Shown here: positions 25,742 through 39,808 of the stretch, in pieces | Position numbering within the stretch: the stretch's first letter is position 1 | Layout of the letters: every line of letters starts with the position of its first letter | From: Chrysomallon squamiferum | Taxonomy: Eukaryota > Animalia > Mollusca | DNA length: 64,000 nt | NCBI GenBank assembly: GCA_012295275.1 | Contig: CM022667.1 | Location: 15,624,001 to 15,688,000 of the forward strand | Reading direction: 5' to 3' | Notes under the pieces: model-generated | Databases searched by the model: none | Seen by the model: the letters and a program-made list of their open reading frames with translations, nothing else | Told to the model about the DNA's origin: nothing | Made by a program: the position numbers and the translations under genes

Positions 25742-27021
25742 CTGAACAACAACAACAACAACAAAAATCAGTGTCTGGATAAAAAAAAAAAAAAAAAAAA
25801 GCCACCGGGTACATTAACTAAATTGAAGACAACAATGACATTAAAATGTCGACGTTGATGTCGTTTTTCTTTAATGGCACCATCGAGGCAGGTGCGCTAA
25901 GCAACAATAACGATAACTGAGAGTGACAGCTCCGAAGCAAAATCTGCTCAAGAAGAAGAAAAAAGAAGTAAAACGTGGAAAATATCGTCTTCTAACCATT
26001 AGTGCTGATCTGCATAATTATCTGCATACGCTGTGGAAATAATCCGATAAAATGCAGCTTCTAGAAACTCGTCACCTTCAGATGAGATGTGCAAACACGA
26101 ACATTTCGCGAAGGAAATTATTAAATTTTGATAGCCTCGGACATGTTCGTAAGGTTTCGGAGAGTTTCGTTAACGAATTTTTCCGAAGTTATTCGAAAAC
26201 GAACGTATTTTGAATTGCAATTTGTATATTAACATCTACGATCCCAGTTATAGGAACAAGATTACTGAAGGTTAAACGATCAAATAGTCTCACACACACA
26301 CACACACACAAAAACACATACACATATAAATAAAAGCCACAAGCAAGAGCTTATAGACATTTAAAAACTAGCTCTTGTTAATACACTGTTTATAATTATC
26401 AGCAGTGTAACAGTAACATCACGTGTGTGGAACAGTCAATCATTTAGCTAACTACGCCCCGATCTGAACATTCCCCAATCTGTAAAAATTTTTACCATTA
26501 TTATAATTTATTTTTTAATATCCTATTTAATAGCTTTGCTCAGTACATCTCGACTGTTTTCCTGATGTTTATATTCAGACATTTCCGAAGGCGCCAAGTT
26601 TATAATGGGAAGCGATTTGTTTTTGAAGTAAAACGTCTCTGCGAAATTTTATGTATTGTGGCTTTAGGCAAAATGCAGAAAATTAAAAAGAAAGAAAGAA
26701 AAGAAATGATGAACGAATAACAAACAGATAATAATTGTGAACAGTAAGAAGATAATGGAAGTATGATAACGATGGTTGATACTGTTGTTACTATTAACAT
26801 TTTTGTTGTTATAGTTGTATTGCTATTATTATTGTTGTTTTGTGCTATTATTATTATTATTATTATTTGAAATTTTATGTTTATATACAATATATTGTTA
26901 TAATTATATTAAATATTTTCATATGCCGTAGACTACGGTATTGAGAAAAGAAAAAAAAAAAAAAAAAAAAATAATAATAAATCAGTTAAAATAAAATGCC
27001 AATATATCTGAAGCTTTATCT

Positions 27022-27077
<56 letters not shown>

Positions 27078-27499
27078 TTTTATTTTATTTTATTTTATTT
27101 TTATTTTATTTTATTTTATTTTATTTTTAAAAAGTCTTTGAAATAGCAACTAAAAAGTAAGAATTGAAACCTATAGCAGACGGTGCTAAGGACTAAATAA
27201 ATTATATCCGACACCAAATCGACTCTAGTTATTACAAAACCATCTGTGTCCGTCCATCAATGAGTCTGTTAGTTCGTGTTAGTGTTCACGGTTACCGCTC
27301 TAGCAAGTAGTTTCGGTCAAACGAAGATGGTTTTGTCTGAAATGACCGAGACTAAATAAATATCCAGCTGTTAAACATGTGCAGCGTAACAAAATGTAGG
27401 GAACTGGTATACAGCGTTATGGGCCTACCGCGTTTCAATACTCTTTGAAGAGGTGTTATTGTTGATTTTTCTTTGTTTCGTTCTTGTTTCTTTTTCTTG

Positions 27500-27541
<42 letters not shown>

Positions 27542-27949
27542 CTTTTTTTTTTCTTCTTCTTCTTCTGAATAAGTTACATTTGCAAAGCAGCGTTGCTAAA
27601 AACAAATCAGTTGCGTATCTAACCTGTTTTGTAAGTTTTAGTTTGGTACAAGGAAATATCACATCTCATGGGAGAATTTTGTTTTTTTCTTTTAAAAGAA
27701 CAATCGTTTTATGGGTGTATTAACAAAGGGTATACATTTTGTATGAGATTTTTCAGATATTTAATATTTGCTTATGGGAGAGTACTGTTGAAGTAAGTGT
27801 TTAAAAAAAAAAAAAAAGTGAAGAGAGAAAAAGGTACAAATCAACAGACAGAAATATTATTAGAAACAAAACACATTACCGAGTTGAACAGTTCTCTCTC
27901 TCTTTCACACACACATACATACACATCGTTAGTTAACTAATTTACGAAC

Positions 27950-28005
<56 letters not shown>

Positions 28006-28469
28006 TTGACAAAGGTGATGAACATTTTAATATAATGATATGTATGATAACCCAAGCACATGTACTTCTATGATTAAATGGAAAAAAAAAAAAAAAATAA
28101 TGAGTTAAAATATTTTAAAGGCCTGTTAGTCGCCACATTGCCCACTTTCGGCGTGCTTTAGACGTGAACCACTTGTGTAATATAAATATAAAGTTAATTA
28201 ATTTACAGTTTAGATAATGTAAACTACTGACACACGAAAACCAGGAACAAACATCAGGCCATATAAAAACAAAGGAAAAAAAAACAAATTGCCAAAAAAA
28301 GAAAGAAGTCGAAGGAACTGACAAGAGTTCATATTTCTTAAGTTTTGCTGTGAATCTGAATGAATATTTAAAATACAGATGTCTGCAAACACTAATTGTA
28401 GATATTTAATGACTCACAGAGGAAGTACAGATCGAAATTGTTACGATCGTTATCTTAACGTAATCATTT

Positions 28470-28517
<48 letters not shown>

Positions 28518-29398
28518 TTAAAATTATTTTTTATAAAAATAACTGAGCAGGAGATATCGTTCGTAATATTATTTTTTTATTATATTTATTTTTTTAAATA
28601 TATATTATAGCCTTATGTTTCCACCATAATCATGCATCTGTACATAAGCAAGCTGATTACCGTATAAAATTTAATACTCGGGAGCAGAGCGGAGGAAATA
28701 ACAATACATGAAAGAAAATGATATTTACCATAATCGGATAATAAACCGTAGTAATTGATCAAAGTAAAAAAGGTTAATTCATTTTTGCGGATCAAGAAAC
28801 ACCGATCGAAACGATCATTGCACGACAAAGAAAATATAAAATTTCCAGTCAAAGTCACAGGAAGTTAAAATTTGCATAGCAAAATTAAAAAGTGTGTAGA
28901 GGACGCTAGGAAATTACTATCACATGTATTTTTTGAAATAATGCAATTACGTAATTACATGACGTCATCACAGTCGGATTAAAATCTTTTTGGATACCTT
29001 TATGATTACATCTGAAGGTAAGGTGATTATTTGAAACGATTATTATTAAATTTATTTTTTTATTATTATTTTTCATCCATGCATTATTAATGCTATTAAC
29101 GTATATTGATTAATGGAGAGTAAATTAAACACGTGCAGTTGGAAAAGGTCTGTATAATTTCTACAACAAACAATAGATCAAAAGTCTTTTAAGTTATTAA
29201 CTTGTGAAAATCTGAGAATAATTACTCGATAGAAGGAAAATCAGGTATTAATGTTAAACCATTTTCTAGAAATCTTTCAAACAAATAATAAAAAAAGTTT
29301 GTTATTTTAATAAAAAAGAATTATCACTGACGTTACTTGATTTAAATGTTTTATTATTTTATTATTATTATTGTTGTTGTTGTTGTCATTATTATTAC

Positions 29399-29442
<44 letters not shown>

Positions 29443-29760
29443 CGTATCTTTCTTTACTTATTTAGTTGCTTTATCCTATTTTTATACTTTTTCTTTCTTT
29501 TATCTTTCTTTCCCCTTACTTATTTCTGTTTCGTTTCATTTCCGTTGTTATAACTTTTTAAATTATTTTTACTTTTTATTTTAGTTAAAATCTTTAGTAA
29601 AATATTTATATCTTAATCAGTTTTCATAATCAGTTTACTGCCAACATAATGCAACGAAATGATTTAAATTTAATTAAATTTTGCTTCTGCTCTATTTTTA
29701 CGAACTGTTTATAAATCCATAAAGTACAGGTTTTCATTAATTTGCAAGCCTCATATATTT

Positions 29761-29826
<66 letters not shown>

Positions 29827-30611
29827 ACACACACACACACACGCACACACATACACACTAATATACTGAAATCTACATATTCTTTTATTTTCAATACATT
29901 ACATCAAAAAGCCAGACAGTCTCTCATTTTATCTGTTAAGTCTTTGTCTCTCTAACAATCTGCATGTTTACCTTCTCTCCTTAACTCAAAAAATCATGCG
30001 TTAAATTTAATTTATATATATTTTTTTTTTTGTTCTCCCGTCTACCCAGCCCTCATACCACAGACACTTCGACCATACATCATCTCATTATCATTTTACC
30101 TTCACGTCTAACTTTGGAATCCTTTCTGTCACTGGGAAACCTCTTGAAAACCTGCCAGCCACATCAAAGCTTGGAACTTACAAAGACATAGATCAAATAC
30201 CTCAGTAATTGCACCCTAAAGGTATCGAAAGTGGCGTTATATCACCTAGGCTCAAACACGCGATGCTGCGACGTGCACGAAATGTTAGATATCCAGCTAA
30301 TTCCATCACATCACGTGTTGATATTTATGAGGAATCCTTATAGATGTGTTTAGATACTTAAAAATATGTCTGTGAAAGAAAGGAGGAATGCAAGAGCAAG
30401 AGAGAGAGAGAGAGAGAGAGAGGTAAAGAGAGATAGAAAGACAGACATGAAAAGAATCAGACAGACAGAGTCAAAGAGTTAAAAGAGGTATGAATACATG
30501 TGTTGTGTGTGTTTGTGTGGGTGTTAAAAGTGTTAAAGTTTAAGTTTTATATATAGCTGAAAAGGATAATGTGTACGTGTTTGTCTGAAACATGTATGTA
30601 TGTGTGTGTGA

Positions 30612-30663
<52 letters not shown>

Positions 30664-31225
30664 ATGTATGTATGTATATATGTGTTAATACTTATCAAGA
30701 CCATAACCGGCGGGTAGTTTCTTGAAGATATGGGTTTAAAATGGCGACTTCGGAATTAGTCCAAAAACACCTACTGAGCCATACCAACACAGATACATAA
30801 CTAACACCCTGATTTTTCAAATTTCAGGCAGCTGTGTATGTTAGTGTCCATGTGCTAAATACTGACCACCCATCAACACTAGTTATATAATCGAGAAAAT
30901 ATGCTGACCATTTCTATCAGACAGCCGGAACAGAAGAGAGTGAAGGACATAGCTCTCCACAACCATTTTAACGTTTCTATCTTACATTTCTTTTCTTTAT
31001 ACTGAAATGAATTTGAATTATAAGGACAGAAGATATGATTTTAATTATAAGAAAGAATGTATTATCTGAATTATAAAGACAAGAAAGAAAATAGCATTAA
31101 AATTAAAGGAGGGAATAATACCATTTGAATTATGAAGAAAGAATATATCACTGTAATATCACTATAATAAAATAAAATTTCAACTGAATTAGAAAGAAAT
31201 TAGAAAGAAAGAAAATATCTTTAGA

Positions 31226-31278
<53 letters not shown>

Positions 31279-31670
31279 GAAAAAAAAATCGTTCGAGTTA
31301 AAAAGAAACAAAACATCTCTTGAATTTCAGTTTGAAAGTTAAGATTCATCTCCACCACAACGATGGAACCCACACCCCTTTTTCTAAGAATTTGGCGTCG
31401 GCCCTGTCCTTTCCACAACTGTAGCTAAAGGGTAACAAGGAATGTTTTCTCAGATTTGCAACAGGTTTTGACGTCGCCCAGGTGTTATTCAATTACCACA
31501 TCAGTTGTTTGCGTGTGTCGCCCGATTCCGAGCTGGTCTCGGGAGTATTGCTTCAGTTCGTCTTTCAGTAATTAAATTTATCCCAGATTAAATACGTGAC
31601 AGTCATTCGAATATCCCCGCAACGGTCTGGTGAGTCATCGGTCTCTTTGTGTTAAGATCACTTAAAGAGT

Positions 31671-32560
31671 GCATAATTGTTACAGCCTTATGCAAGAAAC
31701 TAGAATTAATAATTGTTAGAGACTTATGCAAGAAACTAGAATTAATAATTGTTAGAGACTTATGCAAGAAACTAGAATTAATAATGGTTAGAGACTTATG
31801 CAAGAAACTAGAATTAATAATTGTTACAGCCTTATGCAAGAAACTAGAATTAATAATGGTTACAGCCTTATGCAAGAAACTAGAATTAATAATTGTTAGA
31901 GACTTATGCAAGAAACTAGAATTAATAATTGTTAGAGACTTATGCAAGAAACTAGAATTAATAATTGTTAGAGACTTATGCAAGAAACTAGAATTAATAA
32001 TGGTTAGAGACTTATGCAAGAAACTAGAATTAATAATTGTTACAGCCTTATGCAAGAAACTAGAATTAATAATGGTTACAGACTTATGCAAGAAACTAGA
32101 ATTAATAATTGTTAGAGACTTATGCAAGAAACTAGAATTAATAATTGTTAGAGACTTATGCAAGAAACTAGAATTAATAATGGTTAGAGACTTATGCAAG
32201 AAACTAGAATTAATAATTGTTAGAGACTTATGCAAGAAACTAGAATTAATAATTGTTAGAGACTTATGCAAGAAACTAGAATTAATAATTGTTAGAGACT
32301 TATGCAAGAAACTAGAATTAATAATTGTTAGAGACTTATGCAAGAAACTAGAATTAATAATTGTTAGAGACTTATGCATGAAACTAGAATTAATAATTGT
32401 TATAGTGTTATCCAAGAAACTAGAATTAATAATTGTTATATATATATATATATATGAAAGAAACTAGAATTAATAATTACTACGTCTTATACAAGAAACT
32501 AGAATGATAATTGTTATACTCTTATGTAAGAAAGTAGTCTTGTACAAGAAACTAGAATGT
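31671..32560. repeat. 36-bp minisatellite, about 19 near-perfect units plus degenerate flanking units
   Basis: Unit TGCAAGAAACTAGAATTAATAATTGTTAGAGACTTA with aatggtt and acagcc variants. It generates both the 270-aa and 272-aa ORFs. Confidence 0.97.
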
Positions 32561-34173
32561 TTGTCATTTTCCTGTATCACGTAAAAAACCAGTAACAGAC
32601 GATAATTGTTAAAGGGATCACACTACATGAGAAACAATAATTATTATAACAGAAAAAAAAAATAAATAAATAAATAAATAAAAAATAAATAAAACCCATA
32701 ATGTAAATTATAGTGATAATGAGCCATAATTATTGTACGATATTCTGCAAAAAGCCAAAATGTCGGAAACGATAAAAAAAAAAAAAAAAAAAAATCCAGT
32801 TACATTTGATACGTCACGTAACAATTTAACATTCCATTGCTGTTTAGAGGTGATAACGACTCCATAATTACAGTTCAGTATATGATATAATAAGTAAGTA
32901 CATGATACTGTAACGGTGTGTGGTATGATTCGACTAAATAGATATAATTCAGTATGATTTAACAGATTGCATAACTGCTTGTAGGAACGTGGTACGACAT
33001 AAACTTTTATTTAGCTTAATTTTACTGAAATTTTTATCCTCTGTGAATAAAACTAATTTTATATCTGACGCCGATCTGTCGTTTAGCATTCCTAGTAATA
33101 GACAGCGATAAAAAGATTACTGCAATAGGACGAAAAACAGAAATTTACATTCGCACGGCCTAAAGATAATTAATTCTGTGTATGGTGCTATGAGTTAAGC
33201 AAGCAAACATAATTTTGTAATCCAAGGTTCTCCAGTGTGATGCGATATCGTAATCTGTTATACAGAACAGAAAAAGGGGCTGCAGTTTCTTTTTTTTTTT
33301 TTTTTTTTTTCTGTTTTGGAAATGCTAATAACATTAACATAAGGCGATTCTTAAATAAATAAATAAATAAATAATCATAAAAGTAAGAAAGAAATAATGG
33401 AATGAATGAAAGAAAGAAAATATATAAAGATTGGAAAATAAATGACATTAAAATAACGAAAAAAAGAGTTTATTAATTTTTGTCTTCCTTTTCTTTCTTT
33501 TTTTCCCCTACTGGAATTAACCACTAAATTTTTTGGAAAAGAAACATTCTTATGTATGCATGAATGCATGAATGCACGTATGTATTTATCTACATGTGTA
33601 TCTGTATGTATGTAAATCAACTTTCTATTCTAAAATACATTATCTGATGTCTTTCAAAACTGATATGACTAGACCTACAGAAAGTCTATTGTATTTTCCA
33701 CTGCGGGCCATAAGCTCGACATTGTACCTTCCCGACGTCTTAAAACTGTTCCGACGAGAACCATATTTCATCAAAATACTGCTCACAGAACCCCTCCATT
33801 GTGACCAGGGGCTATTAAACTACCAGCTTGTGGTTTAAACATGATGTAACTGCAGCATAATGCTGGACCGACCGTTTACAAGATTGACAGCGAAACACAG
33901 GAACCGCCGTTGTAATAAATTTATGTTTTGCTATAATGTCGATGTACATGGCGAAAACGTTATTATATCGACTGTGAAATGGAGTTCATGGTAATATTAA
34001 TTTGTGGCTGTGTGTTGTAAACTTGCAATATGATTAGAGTTATGTTAGGACACGACAGATTTATTACTTATTGGTAATGCAAAGATAAGTGCCGTGTTTA
34101 TGTTAAGTTTTGTAAACGTTTACAGAGCTACAACAAGTAAATAAAACGGTTTGTTAAAATGGAATAAACACGA

Positions 34174-34280
34174 AAAATAAGGTACATAATTTAAACAAAT
34201 TATAATAAAATAAGGTACATAATTTAATTTTTTTTATAATAAAATAAGGTACATAATTTAATTAAATTTATAATAAAATA
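34174..34280. repeat. Short tandem repeat, three copies of an approximately 33-bp unit
   Basis: aaaataaggtacataatttaa recurs three times. Confidence 0.8.
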
Positions 34281-35654
34281 AAGATAAAAATGAAATAAAA
34301 TAAAGATTAATTGTAGTTCTATTGTTGTGTTGATAAATGGATTATTTTGTTGCTCTCAGTTTTTTGTGTGTGTTTCTTTGTTTTTGTTTTTTAATATATT
34401 TGTGTGTGTGTGTGTGTGTATGTGTGTGCGTGTATGTTTTATTGTCGTCGTTGTTGTTGTTGCTTTTACTGTTGCATTGGTTATTAATACTATTACTGGG
34501 GTTTATTTTGGGGTTTTTAATTTCTTATTTATTTTTTTATTTTTTTATTTATATACTTACTTATTTGTTTAGTTGCTGTTACTATCGCTACAGTTGTTTT
34601 CCATATTTATCTAAAGCTCAGAACTTATTATTAACACAAAGCCACCTTCAAACTGGATGTCTTTGCCTTTTTCTTCCTGTATCTTTTAATAAGGATTATT
34701 TTTAGATCTATAAACTGATCGCAAACAGTAAAAGGTTAAAATGGTGCAGTCAAAATTAACAATATACCTATTTCACCTCTAGATAAAAATAACAAGGAAT
34801 TTCCGCACATCTGGAAAGCTGAATTTGTAATTTTAAAAATTATTCATTCTGACTTTTGCGGAACTTTTAAAAAAAAAAAAAAAAGACTGTATGGATAAAT
34901 TAGGATATAATGGAAGACCAGAAAACAACTGTTAGTGCTAATTCAAACCGTTGACGCACAATAGAGGCGTAGGCCTATACTCAAACATATTCTAACATCC
35001 AACCATTCTTCAGTCCATGTATGAATATATAAACACATTATACATAATATAGATTATACAAGCAAGCAAACCGACCTTATCTGATAAGTAAATAAACAGA
35101 TACAAAACATAAAAAGATAATCGCACATGTTCTTAATAAAACTCTCGTCATATTCCGAAATTAAGAACATCACGGAATTAGAGCACTCGAGGATACGTAC
35201 CACTTTCGCGTTACATTAGTTCCGGTATTTGTAATGACTTAATGATGATAATAACTCTGCATCACAATCTTGTACACCAAAAGAAACCAGCCAAATACAG
35301 TACACTCGTTAATATGTTTGCTACAACACATCATCCAATAAATTAGGATTGTACTTACCTTGGTCGGCACGAAGGGCGCATTCCAGCGCAGACGGAACGC
35401 GTTTTGTAAGATCTCCGACACTGCTACCTACACCCATCCCATTCGCTTTGCTAACCTGCTCCCCCTGCTTGCTAGTGCGAGAACTCGCCAAGAAAAAAAA
35501 GGGTTACAGTGAAATAAATACAGACGATAGATTCCCGCACAACTTCGGATGCTCTCATCATCATCATCTCTCTCTATTCCTCTCCGAGACTGATGTTAAG
35601 ATACAGCACCAGCTGGGATTCGCAGAATGAATCCTTCGAGATGATTGTAAGATA

Positions 35655-36020
35655 TCGTTTTGCATCCGCACCAGGCCACGAAGGTAGATGTGTGCTGGTT
35701 CTTCAGTAGAGGACCTCCTTTTACGTCGGCACCATCCCACATTTACGTCTGGCTTTTACTTACTCGTTTACATCCGCACATTCAGTCACGGATAGATGTG
35801 TCTGCCTCAAGTTTACACTTCACTACAGCCGCACGTCCCACGGAGGTGTTTCGTCTCTAATTTACTCTTGTTTACGTCCGCACTATCACTCATAGATGTA
35901 CGTGCTACACCATGAATTTACTTTTCTTTTCAACCGCACCATTCTCAAAAGACGCACGTACTATTTTGCCTCTATCGTTTGCTCGTTTACGTCCGCACCA
36001 TCCACATAGATTCAGATGTT
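35655..36020. repeat. Degenerate spaced array of a TTTAC(G/A)TCCGCAC-like motif, seven copies at 47-61 bp spacing
   Basis: Cores near 35665, 35726, 35773, 35828, 35877, 35933 and 35992 with divergent intervening sequence. Confidence 0.75.
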
Positions 36021-39000
36021 TTGTGCAGCCTTAATACTCTACAGAGTTAAAAGGTATTCACAATAGAAGTTGTTATATACGTGGCATCAAGCCACAAAAC
36101 TCGAGACATATAAAAAAAATGTACTAGAAATTTGTTAAGCTCATGCTATCTCCCTGTAGCTAAAAGCGTATATACAGAATGTATCTAGCACAACCAGGCT
36201 TCCTATCTCATATTAGCATTACAAAATAAAATGACTGATACACATAATAGTGACTAGAAAAACCTGTTAAAAATTCGTTCATTCATTCAGCAGGCAACAT
36301 CCGATTTACTCATCAAGACCTTGCAAGTTTATCATTTTATCTGTAAACAATGAATTCGTGTACATTTATTTTCGTTCATTAGATATGCTTGTAAACATAC
36401 TTGTGTTTTATTCTTTCTATTCTACCATTAACTATTGTTTTGGATATTAACTTAGTAAAGTTTGTTTCTTTGGCTCATAAAAAAGTCTTAAAAACAGAAC
36501 TCGTCGAACATTTAGACTGCAGCTGAATTTATTTCATTGTTGCTTGTATATTTGTGATATACTTGTGTTTATTTGTGTTTACTCGATAATTGTTATTCCT
36601 TTTTTATGATTTCAAATCAAGGTAGGAATATCATGTATGATAACAGGTAACCAGAAAAAAAAAAAAAAAAAAAAAAAATCTGATAGATTGCGGCATTTTA
36701 AAGTACATAACATTATTGTTGTTGCTGTGGTTGTTGTTATTGATATTATTGTTACTGTTTTGGTTGTTAATATTATTATTATTATTAGCACAGATCAGTA
36801 ACATAGATACATATATGTATATATAGGCAAGTAAAAAGTGTATTTGGGTAACTGTTTTCGTAATACGATAGGTCGTTTGCAATAAAGATTAATAAAAACA
36901 CATTTTGAGATATTCTTGAAAAATTATATATATAATTTGATTTTAAAAATAAATAAATGGATAAAGAGAAATATGAGAAAGCATGATGGTGATCGACGTG
37001 TGAACTAACAGATTCCGGTAATAAAGGTTTTAAAATACCTCGTATCCTGGAATTTCGCTTATTAAACACGACACTGGAGACGTGTTTAACTGATATTCTA
37101 CGAGTACACGCTTCAAACGTCCGCCTGTAAAACGTTTAAAGTCAGAATAGCTATAACTGCCTTGCTGTAGAATCGAAAAATGTCAAATAGAATAAATCTG
37201 CAAATTAAACTCGTTATCTGAATGAAGTCACGCGTTTAATTTGCCTAACGAACGCCATTTAAAACGACGTACCTAATATGTTAAAGTTAGGTAATAAAAA
37301 GTAAAGATGTTTGGGACGCAAATAGGTGAGGCACAACCTTGTCGGAACAATTCACGTTTATTCGATTTAATTTGGATTTAAGTAGGAAATTCGTGTCTTG
37401 AACAATTTCCATCTTTACGTTTTAATTTGGATTTAAGTGGGAAATTGATGCCGTTTCAAAGTACTGTCGCAACCATTCGTAAATTTTAATTAAAAGTTAG
37501 ACAACAGATTACGGAGGTCTAGAAATGGTTTATACAGCGAACTGCAACCTTTCGTATGAACGCAGCTATTATCATAATCATCGTCGTCAAAATTTTCATC
37601 AATATAATCATTATTGTGTTTTCTTTCTCACTGTAAAGTCAGAATGGTTTTCTGGCCAAAGTTTCCACACGTGAACAAAAAGAACAATGAAGTCGAGTCA
37701 AATAACAAGAAGGAAAATCGCACACAGCTGAAACTGTCATGCCAGAATGTCTACACATGCACAAATACAAAAAAAAAAAGTCGAGTAAAGAAAAAGAAAA
37801 AAAGAGAAAAAGTTGCCCTCAGCTATTCCAGATAGACTGATAAAAGAAAGGTGAAAGAGTTGATGGTCGTCTGCTATGAAAAGTTCTGCACGGAAAAAAG
37901 AAAACACATTTGTGCGTGATTTGAAAGGCACATTGTGAAATGCATGTAAACAGAAGTCCTGTACTGGCAATAAATTGAATCCAGCCCCCGACAGCTGGTT
38001 TCCACATATCCTTCACAAACCAGTCCGGCTTTTAGGCCATGCAGAATTAATTATACGATTCGAGTTCCACATGAAAAATGGGAAACGATTTAGAGAAATT
38101 ATTTTCTGTTTCAATATATGAAGCTTCTAAATTATTAGAATAATTTTTAAATTAAAAAAAATTCAGATTTGTCATTGAATCTGTTTCGACTGAATAACTG
38201 TACAAGTGCACGTGTGTCTGAGCGCGCGTGAGTATTTATATATCTATATATGTTACTTGCTGACTGTATTATAATAATTAGATTTAAAATATCTTCGCAT
38301 TCTTCACCAACAGCAACAACAACAATGCACTCGCACACTCACGTACACATATATAATCTACAACATTTACACTTTTATTATCTTTAGTTTATATCATATT
38401 AACTGAATCATGGCTTTGAATTATAATTATGTGTTTAAAAATGCATTTGAATCAAAAGTACTGTTATTATCTTACAGTATTAACCTGAGTGGGGAAAAAA
38501 TCATATATACATATATACATATATATATATATATAAAATTGGTTATTCTATGTGGATAGATAGATAATAATCCAAGAAATATTTTTGAATGATGCCGGTA
38601 ATGGGACGCGATCCTGATTATTTTAGTCATTAACCAAACGTCTGGCTCACCTTGATTATAAAAACAGTTGAAAGATTGAGTCTTATTTCCGAAGTACCGC
38701 AACTTTCATTTGTGTCTCTATCACTTTGACTGAAGCATGCCAGAGAAGAATGTCGAATTTAATGAAGAGTTTAACAGCTGATCTCTTTCTTGTTTTTGTT
38801 GTTCGGACTTAACTCAGAATATGATGAATGACGTCTGAGAGAAAAAAAATAAATATATACAAGAAAAATAATGCTAAGAATGAACTTTGACCTCTCGAAC
38901 AAAAGTTTCCAAAAGAAAATAGCCCGATAATTGATGCTAATACCATTAATTACCGTTGTCAAGTGTTATTTACAGACTGGTGAGGAATTTGTGCGCGTCG

Positions 39001-39337
39001 CTATGAAGGATGTTGCTAGGCGTGTGATGAGCATGCGTGGAAGAAAGGAGATGATGCGGTGGTTTTTAAAAGAAGATTAACAAAGACGTTAGAGACGAGG
39101 TGACCAAGGATTCAAGATCGAATATTATCAATCTCATTTAAAATATTTTAACTAGTAATGTTTTGTGAGAAGTTGCTATGGAAACGTGTTCTTCTGTACT
39201 AATCACTATGGCGTCAAGAGGGTTGTTATGAGATTAGAAAATGGCGACACGTCATAAGCGGATTTGATATCTTGTTCTTTTCTTTTTATGTTTTCTTATG
39301 GTAATAAAAAAATAGTTTATTTATACAAAGATAATAA

Positions 39338-39446
39338 GCTGTAGCTCAGTGATAGAAAGTTCGCCTCTCGTTTGCTAGATCAAAATTATGATCAGTTCTC
39401 CATTAGTCTTTTTCCTATTCTAACCCTATGCTCCAAGATGGTGTGT
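39338..39446 (+). mobile_element. Degenerate tRNA-derived SINE fragment, Nin-domain-like
   Basis: A-box-like head gtagctcagtgatagaaagttcgcc followed by ccattagtctttttcctattctaaccctatgctccaagatggtgt. This resembles, from memory, the molluscan Nin core ctatttctcgttccagccagtgctccacgactggt. Confidence 0.55.
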
Positions 39447-39766
39447 CGAACGTATTATTATTATTATTATTATTATTAGTAGTAGTAGTAGTAGTAGTAG
39501 TAGTACTAGCTGTACTGGTAGTAGTAGCACTAGTAGTATTTTTGCTGCTTTTGTTGTTGTTGCTGATGTTGTTCTTGTACTGTTATGATTTTGTTTTCTT
39601 GTTACAACGGCAACTACAAGTATAACCACTGCCTCTAATGTTTCTATAACTCCACCGCACCACTATAGTAAATACTACTACTACGTCTACAACCATTGCT
39701 ATTCTTTATTACATCATCACTACTATTCCATTACTATCATTACTACTACTACTGCTACTACTACTT

Positions 39767-39808
<42 letters not shown>

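Noticed and set aside
31603-32467. 270-aa and 272-aa ORFs, and a CRISPR-like 36-bp repeat length
   Set aside because: The units are head-to-tail with no spacers, there are no cas genes and the context is eukaryotic. The ORFs follow from a stop-free 36-bp unit.
35655-36020. CRISPR array interpretation of the spaced motif
   Set aside because: The repeats are only about 13 nt and degenerate, and the spacers are partly related to each other.
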